From Promethearchaeota archaeon (lineage in GTDB: Archaea; Asgardarchaeota; Lokiarchaeia; Sigyniarchaeales; SOKP01), in assembly GCA_008080735.1 (NCBI GenBank), contig SHMW01000001.1, forward strand, positions 32,001-96,000: a DNA stretch of 64,000 bases, in the 5' to 3' direction. A program made the translations under genes and the position numbers. Below the pieces are notes generated by a model. That model saw only the letters and a list, made by a program, of their open reading frames with translations, did not search any database and was not told the origin of the DNA. Numbering within the stretch: position 1 is the stretch's first letter; each line of letters opens with the position of its first letter. This document shows, piece by piece, positions 47,979 to 57,414 of the stretch.

Positions 47979-48215
47979 TTGTTGAGTGAAGTGAAAGATA
48001 AAAAAGTGTACTGTCCAACTTGCGAGCGTATGGTTCTACCACGTAGAAAAAATTTTGATCATAAATATCATGAACTTATTTTCTTTTTTGTATGCCTTAC
48101 GTTTGGTCTGGGCTATATTATTTATCTTATATTGAAATACAATAAGAAAAAAGATACATGCCCATATTGTGAACGGAAACTTGATTTAGAAAACCCAATC
48201 AAGACACCGCCATAA
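47979..48215 (+). CDS. LITAF-like zinc-ribbon membrane protein
   Basis: VYCPTC...V.P, about 22-aa hydrophobic stretch, CPYC. Confidence 0.7.
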   Translation: MLSEVKDKKVYCPTCERMVLPRRKNFDHKYHELIFFFVCLTFGLGYIIYLILKYNKKKDTCPYCERKLDLENPIKTPP

Positions 48216-48231
48216 TATAATCACGATATTC

Positions 48232-48501
48232 CTATATCTCTTTTACTTGCATCTTCTCCTTACATCGAGGACATATCTTATCTCTCTCTGCTAACTCACG
48301 GGTCATTAAAGTTTTTTGATAATTGCATTTGGAATTTGAACATTTGAGCAAATATTTCTTTAATTTTAGTTTCTCTTCTGGTTCCTTTTTTATCTCCTCT
48401 TTCTGTTTCTGAACACTCGGGGTCTTTTCCTTAGAAATCTCTGACCCTTTCCTTTTCTCTTCCTTATCCTCATCCGATTTAATCCATTTGTCTAAACTCA
48501 T
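48232..48501 (-). CDS. Small C-terminal zinc-ribbon protein
   Basis: Likely start MSLDKWIK; C....C and CPRC. Confidence 0.65.
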   Translation of the reverse strand: MSLDKWIKSDEDKEEKRKGSEISKEKTPSVQKQKEEIKKEPEEKLKLKKYLLKCSNSKCNYQKTLMTRELAERDKICPRCKEKMQVKEI

Positions 48502-48665
48502 GATAATCTCTATTTCGAATGCAAATCTAATTAAAATATAATTAAGATCTTTATTTATAATTTTAAAGATTTTTCCCTTAAAATTTCTCACACTTACAGA
48601 ATTCGGATATTTAATTTTGAAAAAAAGAAGAAAAATAAAGATAAATCGTCTTATCCATGTATCTA

Positions 48666-49895
48666 TTAAAATACTTGTTCTTTTCCGGCTATCAGACGCT
48701 CTCTGAGATCTATTATGTTCTCTTTCGTTAATAATTCCTCAGAAACTTCTTTAGCAACCTTTTCAATACTTGAAAAGGAAACATTATCAGCAGGAATCAA
48801 AGATATCGAATTTACCCAAGGGTCAGTAATCGGGCGACCGATCTGTGATAATAATTTCACATGTACTTCTTTAATATCGCCCTCTCCCTTTTCATATATT
48901 CTATCTGCCATATTGTTTGCGAGGACATTATATATTTTTCCCACATGGTTGATAGGATTTTTTCCGCAAACTGCTTCAAGAGACATAGTTCGACAGGGGG
49001 TGATTAATCCATTCGCTCGATTACCACGCCCGACTTCCCCATCATCTCCCGCTTCCGCACTTGTCCCTGTAATGGTAAGATACATAATATCTTGATCAAT
49101 ATTATCTCCAACATTCACCGAGACATTCACATCTCTTTCAGGAATTAATTCATTAGCCAAATCGAGTGTAGAATCTCGTATTTGATCTATATAATTACTG
49201 TATTCTCCTTTATCTAGAATATATTTGCTTACCATCGCATTCGCTATGGTAATATCTACTTTATTTCCCGTTCTAGTAGACATTACTTTAATATCCTCTC
49301 CCGAACCGGGACATTTATCCTTAAATTTATCGGAATTGAGTAAGCGCTCTGTTTCTAAGGTAATCCTTTCACAGTCAGATAATGGAGCAAATCCTACACC
49401 AAAACTCGTATCATTTGCCAAAGGAATTTGTTCCATCACATCCGATTCTTCAAAAACTCCAGTAAGATCGATTGAACCTGGTTTTACTGCATAATCAAAT
49501 TGAATTTGTGAGGTTAAATCTAAATTCCGAAATACATCTGATACTACTTGCCTGCATGCATCAAGAACTATTGTTGCGACAGGAATATATTCCAATTTGT
49601 TTTCTCTGAATATTTGGTTGATTGCCCTTCCTACGATGAGAAAATATTGTGGTTCTAAGATTTTACCTCCACCAAATTCAGGTTTGGCTATCCCGCCGAC
49701 TAAAGCCGCTTTATCGACATTATGGTGGTAATATCGCCCAAAGTTTTCAAAATAATATTTACAAAGCATTCGAGAGCTTAGATCGGCTGCCGCATCACAA
49801 ACGGAATCCGGATGTCCAACTCCCTTTCGCTCACAAAGCTCGGGAAAATCTGACTTCTCGATTTCAGTAAATTTTGCTTCATCTATTTTTAGCAT
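48666..49895 (-). CDS. mat: Archaeal S-adenosylmethionine synthetase
   Basis: ERKGVGHPDS.CD, HHNVDK, ANDTSFGVG, GEDIKVM, GTSAEAGDDG.VGRGNR.NG, GKNP.NHVGKIYN. Confidence 0.97.
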   Translation of the reverse strand: MLKIDEAKFTEIEKSDFPELCERKGVGHPDSVCDAAADLSSRMLCKYYFENFGRYYHHNVDKAALVGGIAKPEFGGGKILEPQYFLIVGRAINQIFRENKLEYIPVATIVLDACRQVVSDVFRNLDLTSQIQFDYAVKPGSIDLTGVFEESDVMEQIPLANDTSFGVGFAPLSDCERITLETERLLNSDKFKDKCPGSGEDIKVMSTRTGNKVDITIANAMVSKYILDKGEYSNYIDQIRDSTLDLANELIPERDVNVSVNVGDNIDQDIMYLTITGTSAEAGDDGEVGRGNRANGLITPCRTMSLEAVCGKNPINHVGKIYNVLANNMADRIYEKGEGDIKEVHVKLLSQIGRPITDPWVNSISLIPADNVSFSSIEKVAKEVSEELLTKENIIDLRERLIAGKEQVF

Positions 49896-50082
49896 TTAAC
49901 ATCATTTATAATAACTTGAATGATTTTATATTTGAAGGATTTTAAAAAAACCTTTTGATTATCTCAATGTGTTTAATCTCGCTTTATACACGAATATCAG
50001 CAATTAAAAGAAAGATCAAATAAATTAAAAAAAAAATAGTGTTTAAAATATTCTAAGAAATAACTGGAGAAGAACAATCTAA

Positions 50083-50556
50083 TTATTTTATCCAATTTAT
50101 AATATCGTGAATATAATTCTGAGCCTTTTCCATCTCTGAATCTAGTATAGGGCCCTCTTGTTCCTTTACTCGAGCAGTCAATATTTCTGGATATACATTT
50201 TCAATACTAGATGCCTTTTCGAGCTTTTTATGATATCTTTTTTTGAATCCTTGTACTTTATCAGTGGGCAATCCATGGGTCAAGAATTCTGTAGCGTATT
50301 TGATGTTATTTCCTTTATATTTTAATGCTTTATCGAGTCGTTTTAGCCATTTTTTTGATTTAGTTGCTCCTCGAAACATCCGAATTGCTCCACCTAATAT
50401 CAACACATCTGGGTTATCATTTGCTACTGTCTGGGGATCTATATCTTTTACATCCCCCGTTTTGACTTCATATTCACCAGAGAATTCCTTTTGGAACTTT
50501 TCTGCTAAGATTTTTCCATTTCCAAATTGGGTGTCGTACATTATATATACATTCAT
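50083..50556 (-). CDS. Flavodoxin-like protein
   Basis: Y.TQFGNG..LAE, D.LILGG. Confidence 0.8.
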   Translation of the reverse strand: MNVYIMYDTQFGNGKILAEKFQKEFSGEYEVKTGDVKDIDPQTVANDNPDVLILGGAIRMFRGATKSKKWLKRLDKALKYKGNNIKYATEFLTHGLPTDKVQGFKKRYHKKLEKASSIENVYPEILTARVKEQEGPILDSEMEKAQNYIHDIINWIK

Positions 50557-50742
50557 AATTATCTACCTAAGAGAAAAGGTAGAAATGAATGTTTTTAAAT
50601 TTAAGTAGACCATTTTTTGATCCTAAGTTCTGACCAGCAACCCTTTTTGAAAATGATTTATTGGTATTCGTCAGACAAAGATATTACTAAACCTTTTTAA
50701 TTAAACTTATTAATCCCTTTCATTTAACACTATTTATAAGAC

Positions 50743-51558
50743 GTGATTATTATGTTTATCAAACAAGTTCATATCATATTCAATTCTCGAGAGACTCACC
50801 GTATTACAGAACCGTTGCTAAATCATCCGCCCAATATATTGTATTATTTTACCGCGTTTATTCGTGAAACTGGACAGAAAGATGAGAATATGGATTATCT
50901 AGAAAAAAATCTTAATCTGCTAAATGACAATCTACCGCAATTAGAGATAATACAAAAGGAGGTTGACTATACGGATTATATTGAGGTCATGCAAGAACTC
51001 TCCAAAATAATCAAAAAAGAACGGCAGGAAAACCAAAACTGTAAAATTTATATCAATGTTGGTTCAGGTTCCAAGGTTACCGCGATAGCATCTGTAGAAG
51101 CTTCAGAATTATGGAATTGTGATATATACTATGTTTATTCCACAAAATATGACCCCAAGGGGAAAGGTCCAGAACATAAAGGAAAAATGATAATAAAAGA
51201 ACCACTTACTTTTCCGATAAAAAAACCGAAAAAAATTTACATAGATATCTTGAGATTGATAGAAAAAATGATTACTGAACGATATAAGAATAAAGAATAC
51301 GATGATTCCATTAATAAATATATTTACAAAAAACATTTAGTAGAACGCTTGTATACAGAAAAAATCATGACATTAAAAAGTAAAAATGAGGACGAGAGGA
51401 AGCTTCAAGCAAGCAAATATATGAAGAGTAAGAAATATCTGAATCGATTAAACTCTGAATTGGACTATATTAATGTGTCGAAAGATAAAAGAAATAAGAA
51501 AATCTTTATTACTGATACGGGTAAAGAAATTCTCAATATATTCAAATATTACTTCTGA
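50743..51558 (+). CDS. CARF-like Rossmann + winged-helix transcription regulator (HFX_2341/DUF6293-like)
   Basis: VHI......RI..P, IYINVGSGSK..AIA, Y.Y...Y; C-terminal wHTH ..ITDTG. Confidence 0.78.
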   Translation: MIIMFIKQVHIIFNSRETHRITEPLLNHPPNILYYFTAFIRETGQKDENMDYLEKNLNLLNDNLPQLEIIQKEVDYTDYIEVMQELSKIIKKERQENQNCKIYINVGSGSKVTAIASVEASELWNCDIYYVYSTKYDPKGKGPEHKGKMIIKEPLTFPIKKPKKIYIDILRLIEKMITERYKNKEYDDSINKYIYKKHLVERLYTEKIMTLKSKNEDERKLQASKYMKSKKYLNRLNSELDYINVSKDKRNKKIFITDTGKEILNIFKYYF

Positions 51559-51620
51559 TACGCCTTATTTCTGATAACAAAAAAAATTTTTAAAAAGCAT
51601 TATCATAATATTAATAGGAT

Positions 51621-52646
51621 ATGGAAAAAATTTTACAAAAGATTGAAGAATTACTGAAGAATGCAAATTTTGAGATTTTTTCATTCAATTTCGATTCCAC
51701 AAGACAAAATTATTGCTATGATTTCATTGTAAAAAAGAACGATTTAGTCTTTATTGTAAAAGCTTTTTCGAACATCGATAATATCGACATCGATATGCTA
51801 AAAGGCATTAAGATTCTCTCCAAAATCCTCAAATCAAAACCTCTTCTAATTGGAATTAAAAATAGATATCAAAAACTTGAAGATAATACAATTTATTTAC
51901 GAGAAGATCTTCCTTTCATCACGATCGATACTTTAGAAAACATATTGAAATATCAACTTTTCCCTTTTATATTAGCTCGGAGAGGTGGTGGTGTTGTTTT
52001 TCTTGACGGAGAAATTATGAAAGAAGTAAGAGAAGAACAAAAAATATCGAGAAAAGAATTGTCAGAAAGAATTGGTGTGACAAAACGCACCATCTGTTCA
52101 TATGAAAGTGAGAATATGCGTCCTTCCATGGAGGTTGCCGAGAAATTAGAAGCCGTATTAGGAACCGATGCATTCTTACGAAATATCAACGTTTTAGATT
52201 GGAGATTTAAATTCAATTTTAATGAAGAAGGTGTAGAAAAGGACCAAGAACTAAATCCTTTTGAAGAACATATACAAAATGTTATTAGGGACATCGGTAT
52301 CAGATCCTATTTTTATAAAAAGGGGAGATTTCCATTTGAGATGCTTATCTCTTCAAAAGATTTAGAACTTGAGTGTGATAATAATTTTTATCCCCTCTTT
52401 TCCGAAATTTCCTATATAAAAGAGCATCTAAGGAAAATTAACTTAAGTTATCTCCGCATTTTTGCTAAATTATTTCACAAACACTCACTCTGGATTATAA
52501 AGGATGATATAAAAATCCCTCAGCTTCTTAAAAAAGAACAGATCCCCGTTATTAAGATTAAAAAATTAGAAAAAATAGATGATGAGAATGAATTTATTGA
52601 ATTTATTCAAGGTTCAGAAAAACCTGCATCATCGAATCAATCCTAA
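51621..52646 (+). CDS. Archaeal HTH transcription regulator (PD-(D/E)xK-like + Cro/C1 HTH)
   Basis: YDFI......IVK...NID, RRGG..V.LDG, SRKELSERIGVTKRTI.SYE. Confidence 0.85.
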   Translation: MEKILQKIEELLKNANFEIFSFNFDSTRQNYCYDFIVKKNDLVFIVKAFSNIDNIDIDMLKGIKILSKILKSKPLLIGIKNRYQKLEDNTIYLREDLPFITIDTLENILKYQLFPFILARRGGGVVFLDGEIMKEVREEQKISRKELSERIGVTKRTICSYESENMRPSMEVAEKLEAVLGTDAFLRNINVLDWRFKFNFNEEGVEKDQELNPFEEHIQNVIRDIGIRSYFYKKGRFPFEMLISSKDLELECDNNFYPLFSEISYIKEHLRKINLSYLRIFAKLFHKHSLWIIKDDIKIPQLLKKEQIPVIKIKKLEKIDDENEFIEFIQGSEKPASSNQS

Positions 52647-52791
52647 GGTTTACATATCTTTTTCTCCATTTATTGGACGATTATTCTTTCTTAATCTTAT
52701 AAATTATATTCAATTAAGATATGGAGCTTTTATAAATTTCGAATAATTAGAATTAAACACTATTATATCATAAATCTGAGACTAATAGGTT

Positions 52792-53511
52792 ATGTGTAAT
52801 TATTTAGTGTGCGGAATTGATGAGGCCGGGAGTTAATAGAACATATCGTTCACCCCCCCGAAAGGTCCCGTCTTAGGTCCGCTAGTGGTATGTGGTGTCT
52901 GTTTTACTGAGTCAAATTTAGAATATTTAGAGGAGATAAATGTAAAAGATTCAAAAAAATTAAGTAAAAAAAAGCGAATTGCGCTTTCAAAATTAATAAA
53001 GACTCAGTGTGTGTGTTATAAAGAACTGATTGTATCAACCCGAGAAATAGACCAAAGGTTTGAGAAGAATATTAACTTGAATATGCTTGAAATAAACAAA
53101 TTCGCACAAATTATCAATGATTTAAAACCTGATATTATTTATATGGATGCCGCAGACACGAATGAAGAAAGATTTAGAGAATTTATCCTCGAGAAGTTAA
53201 ATTATAGTCCTCATAAAATAATTTCAGAGCATAAAGCGGATGAGAAATATCCTATTGTTTCTGCAGCTTCCATAATCGCAAAAGATAAACGAGATGTAAT
53301 TATCGATAATCTAAGGGAAAAATATTTAAATTTAGGATATTCAGATTTGGGATCAGGATATCCGTCAGATAAGAAAACTACGCAGTTTTTGAGAGAATGG
53401 ATACGTTCTGAAAAAAAAGCACCTCCTTTTGCGAGAAAAACATGGGAAACAACCAAAAAAATGTTAGATTTAGAATTATATAATAAAAAAATAACTCAAT
53501 ATTTTGAGTAA
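52792..53511 (+). CDS. rnhB: Ribonuclease HII, split by a 30-nt intron-like insertion (exon 1 52792-52832, exon 2 52863-53511; 229 aa spliced)
   Basis: Spliced MCNYLVCGIDEAGRGPVLGPLVV; VKDSKKLS, DA, HKADE.YP.VSAASI.AK..RD, GSGYPSD, R..W.T. Confidence 0.93.
52833..52862 (+). other. Candidate BHB/BHL-type mRNA intron in rnhB
   Basis: ttaatagaacatatcgttcacccccccgaa; contains in-frame TAA TAG; flanked by a CGGG/CCCG helix with cuts at AG^U and AA^A that regenerate GGG AGA GGT. Confidence 0.8.
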
Positions 53512-53568
53512 AATGTAGGAATTCCATTAGATCTCTAAACTAGTAAACCCTGCAAATATTTACACAAC

Positions 53569-54258
53569 TTATTTTTCTGCGATTAATACGATATGGTTTT
53601 TTGCAAAATTGTGAATATTGATGCTTTCCTGAATTAAATACCCCGATTCCTCGAGGACTTTTCTCTCATCTTTATATACTTGTTCAGACTTAGAGACGCT
53701 ATCAATTGATTGAGATTTAATGACCAATATTAATTTTCCCTTTTCTTTCAGATAATAATCTCCATTTTTTACACTTATTTCTGCTTGCGTCGGTTGAGCT
53801 ACATCTTGATATATTAAATCTATATCTGTGAATATAATGTTTGCAAAATCTACAGGATGTCGAGCATCTGCCAGAATTGGAATAATATTCTTTCTTTCAG
53901 AAGTGTTTTGAATTAGTTGCCGCATACTCCGTTCGGCGAACTCCACAGCATATATGATTCCATTTGGTAAAATATCGCTTAGATGAGTAACAGTGGTTCC
54001 AGAGGCGGCACCTAAATAAAGACATTTAATCCCCTTTTTCAAAAAATTTGTTGATGGATCATTCATAAAAATCGCTGCGAGTTTACTACGTTCTGGATCC
54101 CAACTTCTATATTCTATTCCCTCGCTCTTGATTAATTTTTCATCGTAAATCTTTCTTCCTGGGACTAAATTCCTTGTATATAAACGTGGATTGCTTAATG
54201 GACCCGATATAAACACATTATAAATTTTTGGATGTTTCCGTATTTTAATATTGTTCAT
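53569..54258 (-). CDS. flpA: Fibrillarin-like rRNA/tRNA 2'-O-methyltransferase
   Basis: YR.WDP.RSKLAA, LYLGAASGTT.THLSDI, YAVEF, NIIPILADAR.P, YQDVAQP.Q. Confidence 0.97.
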   Translation of the reverse strand: MNNIKIRKHPKIYNVFISGPLSNPRLYTRNLVPGRKIYDEKLIKSEGIEYRSWDPERSKLAAIFMNDPSTNFLKKGIKCLYLGAASGTTVTHLSDILPNGIIYAVEFAERSMRQLIQNTSERKNIIPILADARHPVDFANIIFTDIDLIYQDVAQPTQAEISVKNGDYYLKEKGKLILVIKSQSIDSVSKSEQVYKDERKVLEESGYLIQESINIHNFAKNHIVLIAEK

Positions 54259-54275
54259 TATTATAAATCAACTCG

Positions 54276-55457
54276 TTATTTTCGCTTTTTCTTTGGTTTC
54301 CTTTCTGGGGCGGTGGGATACTTTTCTTTTATCTCTTCTATTTTTTCTTCAATTTCTTGGGCATATTGATCGCCTATAAAATCGCCAGAAAAATAATCAA
54401 CTTTTGCTGCTAAACCCAATTTTCCCGCGATTAATCGTGCTATATTTCCCCGAATCCATGGAGGATTTCCCCTGATTTGTTGCCATTGAAATATAATTCC
54501 GTGCTTTGGAAGCTTTTGTCCCGTTTTTAGATGCCTGTATAACGCAGTTTCAGCACCTAATAACTGAATTCTTGAAGCGGGCATAAATGCTAATTTTCGA
54601 AGATTGCCCGCTTTTGCTATTAATTTGGCACCGATAAGTGAACCTACAATAGCTTGAATATTGGGTGCAGTAGCGGCCATTAGGGTCTCTAGGTGCGATT
54701 CCAATGATTTTCTATATTCATCCAATAAAAGTATCTGGTTGGCGAACTCTTTCACCATCTTAAGGTCTATATTCGCGCCCATTGATTTCTTAGACATATT
54801 TATTAATTTCTCTATAAGCTGTTGGGGGAATTCAAATTCTTCTTGGAATGTCTTTTCTTCGTAATTTTTTCTATTTCCTATTTTCGCAACAATTTTGGCT
54901 AATACTATATTATCTTCAATAATAATATCTGTAAGTTCCGGGAAATGTAACCCGTACCATTCTCTTAAGCGGCTTGAGAATTGACTTATTGTGTCTTTGA
55001 GAGTATCTAATGTTTCAATTACTTGAATTATGGATTTATCTTTCTTTTCCCCCGCCTCTCTGACTTTCTGACGGATAAGTTCTTGGCTAATTTCTTTATA
55101 TCTTTTTGATATCTCATCTTCCGAATACACTAATCCGATTGATTTTAATCTCTTAATTAGGTTTAAACGGAAATTTTTGAATTCTAATGAAGATGTGTCC
55201 AATTTCCTGGTCAGATCTATTTTATCTACTGTGATCTCTGCCAAATTTTCATTATCATATATAAATACATCAAAACCGGAGTTTTTAAGTTCCTTTAATA
55301 GGTTTAGATATTCTTCAGATAATTCTCCCTGATCAAGATTCATAAAGAAGTTGATTGATTTTTGGAGATCTTTATTAAAATCCCTGTAATTCAAAAGATT
55401 CCCTCCATTATCTAGAGCAAAAATTCCAATTAAAGTGTCAATAATATAGCATTCCAT
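54276..55457 (-). CDS. nop5: Box C/D sRNP protein Nop5 (Nop56/58)
   Basis: RLREWYGLHFPEL, SMG, APN....G...GAKLI..AG, PAS.IQLLGAE.AL, PKHG.IF. Confidence 0.97.
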   Translation of the reverse strand: MECYIIDTLIGIFALDNGGNLLNYRDFNKDLQKSINFFMNLDQGELSEEYLNLLKELKNSGFDVFIYDNENLAEITVDKIDLTRKLDTSSLEFKNFRLNLIKRLKSIGLVYSEDEISKRYKEISQELIRQKVREAGEKKDKSIIQVIETLDTLKDTISQFSSRLREWYGLHFPELTDIIIEDNIVLAKIVAKIGNRKNYEEKTFQEEFEFPQQLIEKLINMSKKSMGANIDLKMVKEFANQILLLDEYRKSLESHLETLMAATAPNIQAIVGSLIGAKLIAKAGNLRKLAFMPASRIQLLGAETALYRHLKTGQKLPKHGIIFQWQQIRGNPPWIRGNIARLIAGKLGLAAKVDYFSGDFIGDQYAQEIEEKIEEIKEKYPTAPERKPKKKRK

Positions 55458-55520
55458 TTTATAGCCGCTCTCATATATAGACTTGTAATATTAATAATGT
55501 TTGATACTTAAATAATAATA

Positions 55521-56444
55521 ATGCTGGACACAAATATTTGCGGACTAAAATTAAAATCCCCCTTAATTTTAGCATCTGGGATTTTAGGTGTCTCATATTC
55601 TTCTATGAAGAGAGTGATGGATGCTGGGGCGGGAGCCATAACCTCTAAATCAATTGGACCAAGACCAAGAAAAGGCTATAAAAATCCATCTATTTTTGAA
55701 CTATTTTCGAAAACTTTCATAAATAGTGTGGGATTGGCTAATCCTGGTATAGATGAATTTGAAGATGAAATTAAGAAAATTAAACAATTCGACTTCCCGT
55801 TGATTGTGAGCATTTTTGGAGACACGATTGAATCTTATATTGAAGTGGCGTTAAAAGCGGAAGATTATGGCTGTAACGCGATAGAAATAAATATTTCTTG
55901 TCCGCACGCTGAAGTTTCTTCTATCGGAATAAATCCAGATCTCACTAATTTCTTAGTGAAATCGCTAAAAAAAGAAATATCTATACCGGTTTTTGTAAAA
56001 TTAAATCCGAATGTGACCGACATCACGGAAATTGGACTTGCCGCCGAGAAGGGAGGGGCCGATGCCGTGGTTGCGATTAATACAATAGCAGCTATGGCAA
56101 TTGATGTGAATACACATAGACCCATTTTATCTCACGGAAGTGGAGGTTTATCCGGTCAAGCAATTCATCCAATTGCAATAAAAAAAGTATATGATCTCTA
56201 TGAGGTGTTACATATTCCGATTATCGGATGTGGAGGAATTTTCAGTTGGGAAGACGTTATAGAATTTCTTTTAGCGGGGGCGAGTGCGGTACAAATCGGA
56301 ACGGCTCTCTATAATGGTGTGGCGCTCTTAAAGACGATTAACAAAGATTTAGAAAATTTCTTAATTAAAAATGAGTATAGCTCTCTTTCTGATTTAATTG
56401 GAAGTGCTCATAAATTTGAACTTCAGGAGGTGCCAGAATTTTGA
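55521..56444 (+). CDS. pyrD: Dihydroorotate dehydrogenase B, catalytic subunit
   Basis: ILASG, NS.GLANPG, EINISCP, VKL.PN, NT, GGLSG, IG.GGI, AGA.AVQIGT. Confidence 0.95.
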   Translation: MLDTNICGLKLKSPLILASGILGVSYSSMKRVMDAGAGAITSKSIGPRPRKGYKNPSIFELFSKTFINSVGLANPGIDEFEDEIKKIKQFDFPLIVSIFGDTIESYIEVALKAEDYGCNAIEINISCPHAEVSSIGINPDLTNFLVKSLKKEISIPVFVKLNPNVTDITEIGLAAEKGGADAVVAINTIAAMAIDVNTHRPILSHGSGGLSGQAIHPIAIKKVYDLYEVLHIPIIGCGGIFSWEDVIEFLLAGASAVQIGTALYNGVALLKTINKDLENFLIKNEYSSLSDLIGSAHKFELQEVPEF

Positions 56445-57292
56445 ACAACAATAATCTAATCAAGACCGTGAAAGTGGAGAAAATAGAAGAAGAATGTGAA
56501 GGAATAGTAAATATTAGTTTCAAAATGCAAGATGCAAAAGATTATAGCATACTTCCGAAAGCAGGGCAATTTATAATGGTCTGGGTACCCGGAGTCGACG
56601 AAGTTCCAATGTCTCTTTCTGGGGCTGATCTTGAATGTTATTGGACAATTACAGTAAAAGATGTTGGGGAATGCACTAACGCTTTATGTAACCTTTCTGT
56701 AGGGGATTATATTGGTGTTAGAGGTCCATTAGGAACCTATTTTACAATACCCGAGGATAATTCAAAATTAGTTTTTCTAATTGGTGGTGGAACGGGCATC
56801 GCACCTCTAAAATTTTTGGCTGAGAAATTGAAGAGCAAGGGTTTTAATGTATCATTGATACAAGGAGCAAAGAACGAAGCGGATCTCATATTTATTAGCC
56901 AGTTTGGAACATTTCAGAGAGATCTTTCTAACGTGATATATTGTACGGATGATGGAAGTTTTGGTTCCGAAGGATATGCATCTAAAATATTTCGAGAAGA
57001 ACTTGATAATTACTCTCAACAAGAACTTTCAAATGCATTAGCATACACATGCGGTCCAGAACTAATGATGAGAGAAGTCTTTCGAATATGCGAAGAACAT
57101 AACATACATCTTGAGGCGAGTCTCGAGAGAATGATGAGATGCGGTTGCGGTTTATGCGGATTATGTTCTTTAGATCCCTTGGGCTTATTAGTCTGTAAAG
57201 ATGGACCGGTATTTCCATCTGAAATCTTGCGAAAAATTGACGATTTTGGGAAATATAAAAGAGACATCACTGGAAGAAAAATATCCTTTTGA
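56441..57292 (+). CDS. pyrK: Dihydroorotate dehydrogenase electron-transfer subunit
   Basis: GQF.MVW.PG.DE.PMS, RGP.G, GGG.GIAP, TDDGS, CGPE.M, ER.M.CG.G.CG.C, CKDGPVF. Confidence 0.95.
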   Translation: MNNNNLIKTVKVEKIEEECEGIVNISFKMQDAKDYSILPKAGQFIMVWVPGVDEVPMSLSGADLECYWTITVKDVGECTNALCNLSVGDYIGVRGPLGTYFTIPEDNSKLVFLIGGGTGIAPLKFLAEKLKSKGFNVSLIQGAKNEADLIFISQFGTFQRDLSNVIYCTDDGSFGSEGYASKIFREELDNYSQQELSNALAYTCGPELMMREVFRICEEHNIHLEASLERMMRCGCGLCGLCSLDPLGLLVCKDGPVFPSEILRKIDDFGKYKRDITGRKISF

Positions 57293-57414
57293 ATTCGGAA
57301 ATTCATCCTATTTTCAGATTATTCTGCCTCTATCTTCAAAATTAACATAAAATATTTGTTTTTTCTATCAATATCTATAATGACTCTTAATTTCTGGTAA
57401 ATGTTAATAGGAAA

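Noticed and set aside
52885-53511. rnhB as a 208-aa protein starting at GTG 52885, or as a pseudogene
   Set aside because: That start omits the catalytic Asp/Glu; the missing N-terminus is intact upstream and the insert has precise splice geometry with no other lesions, so a spliced gene is preferred (not proven)
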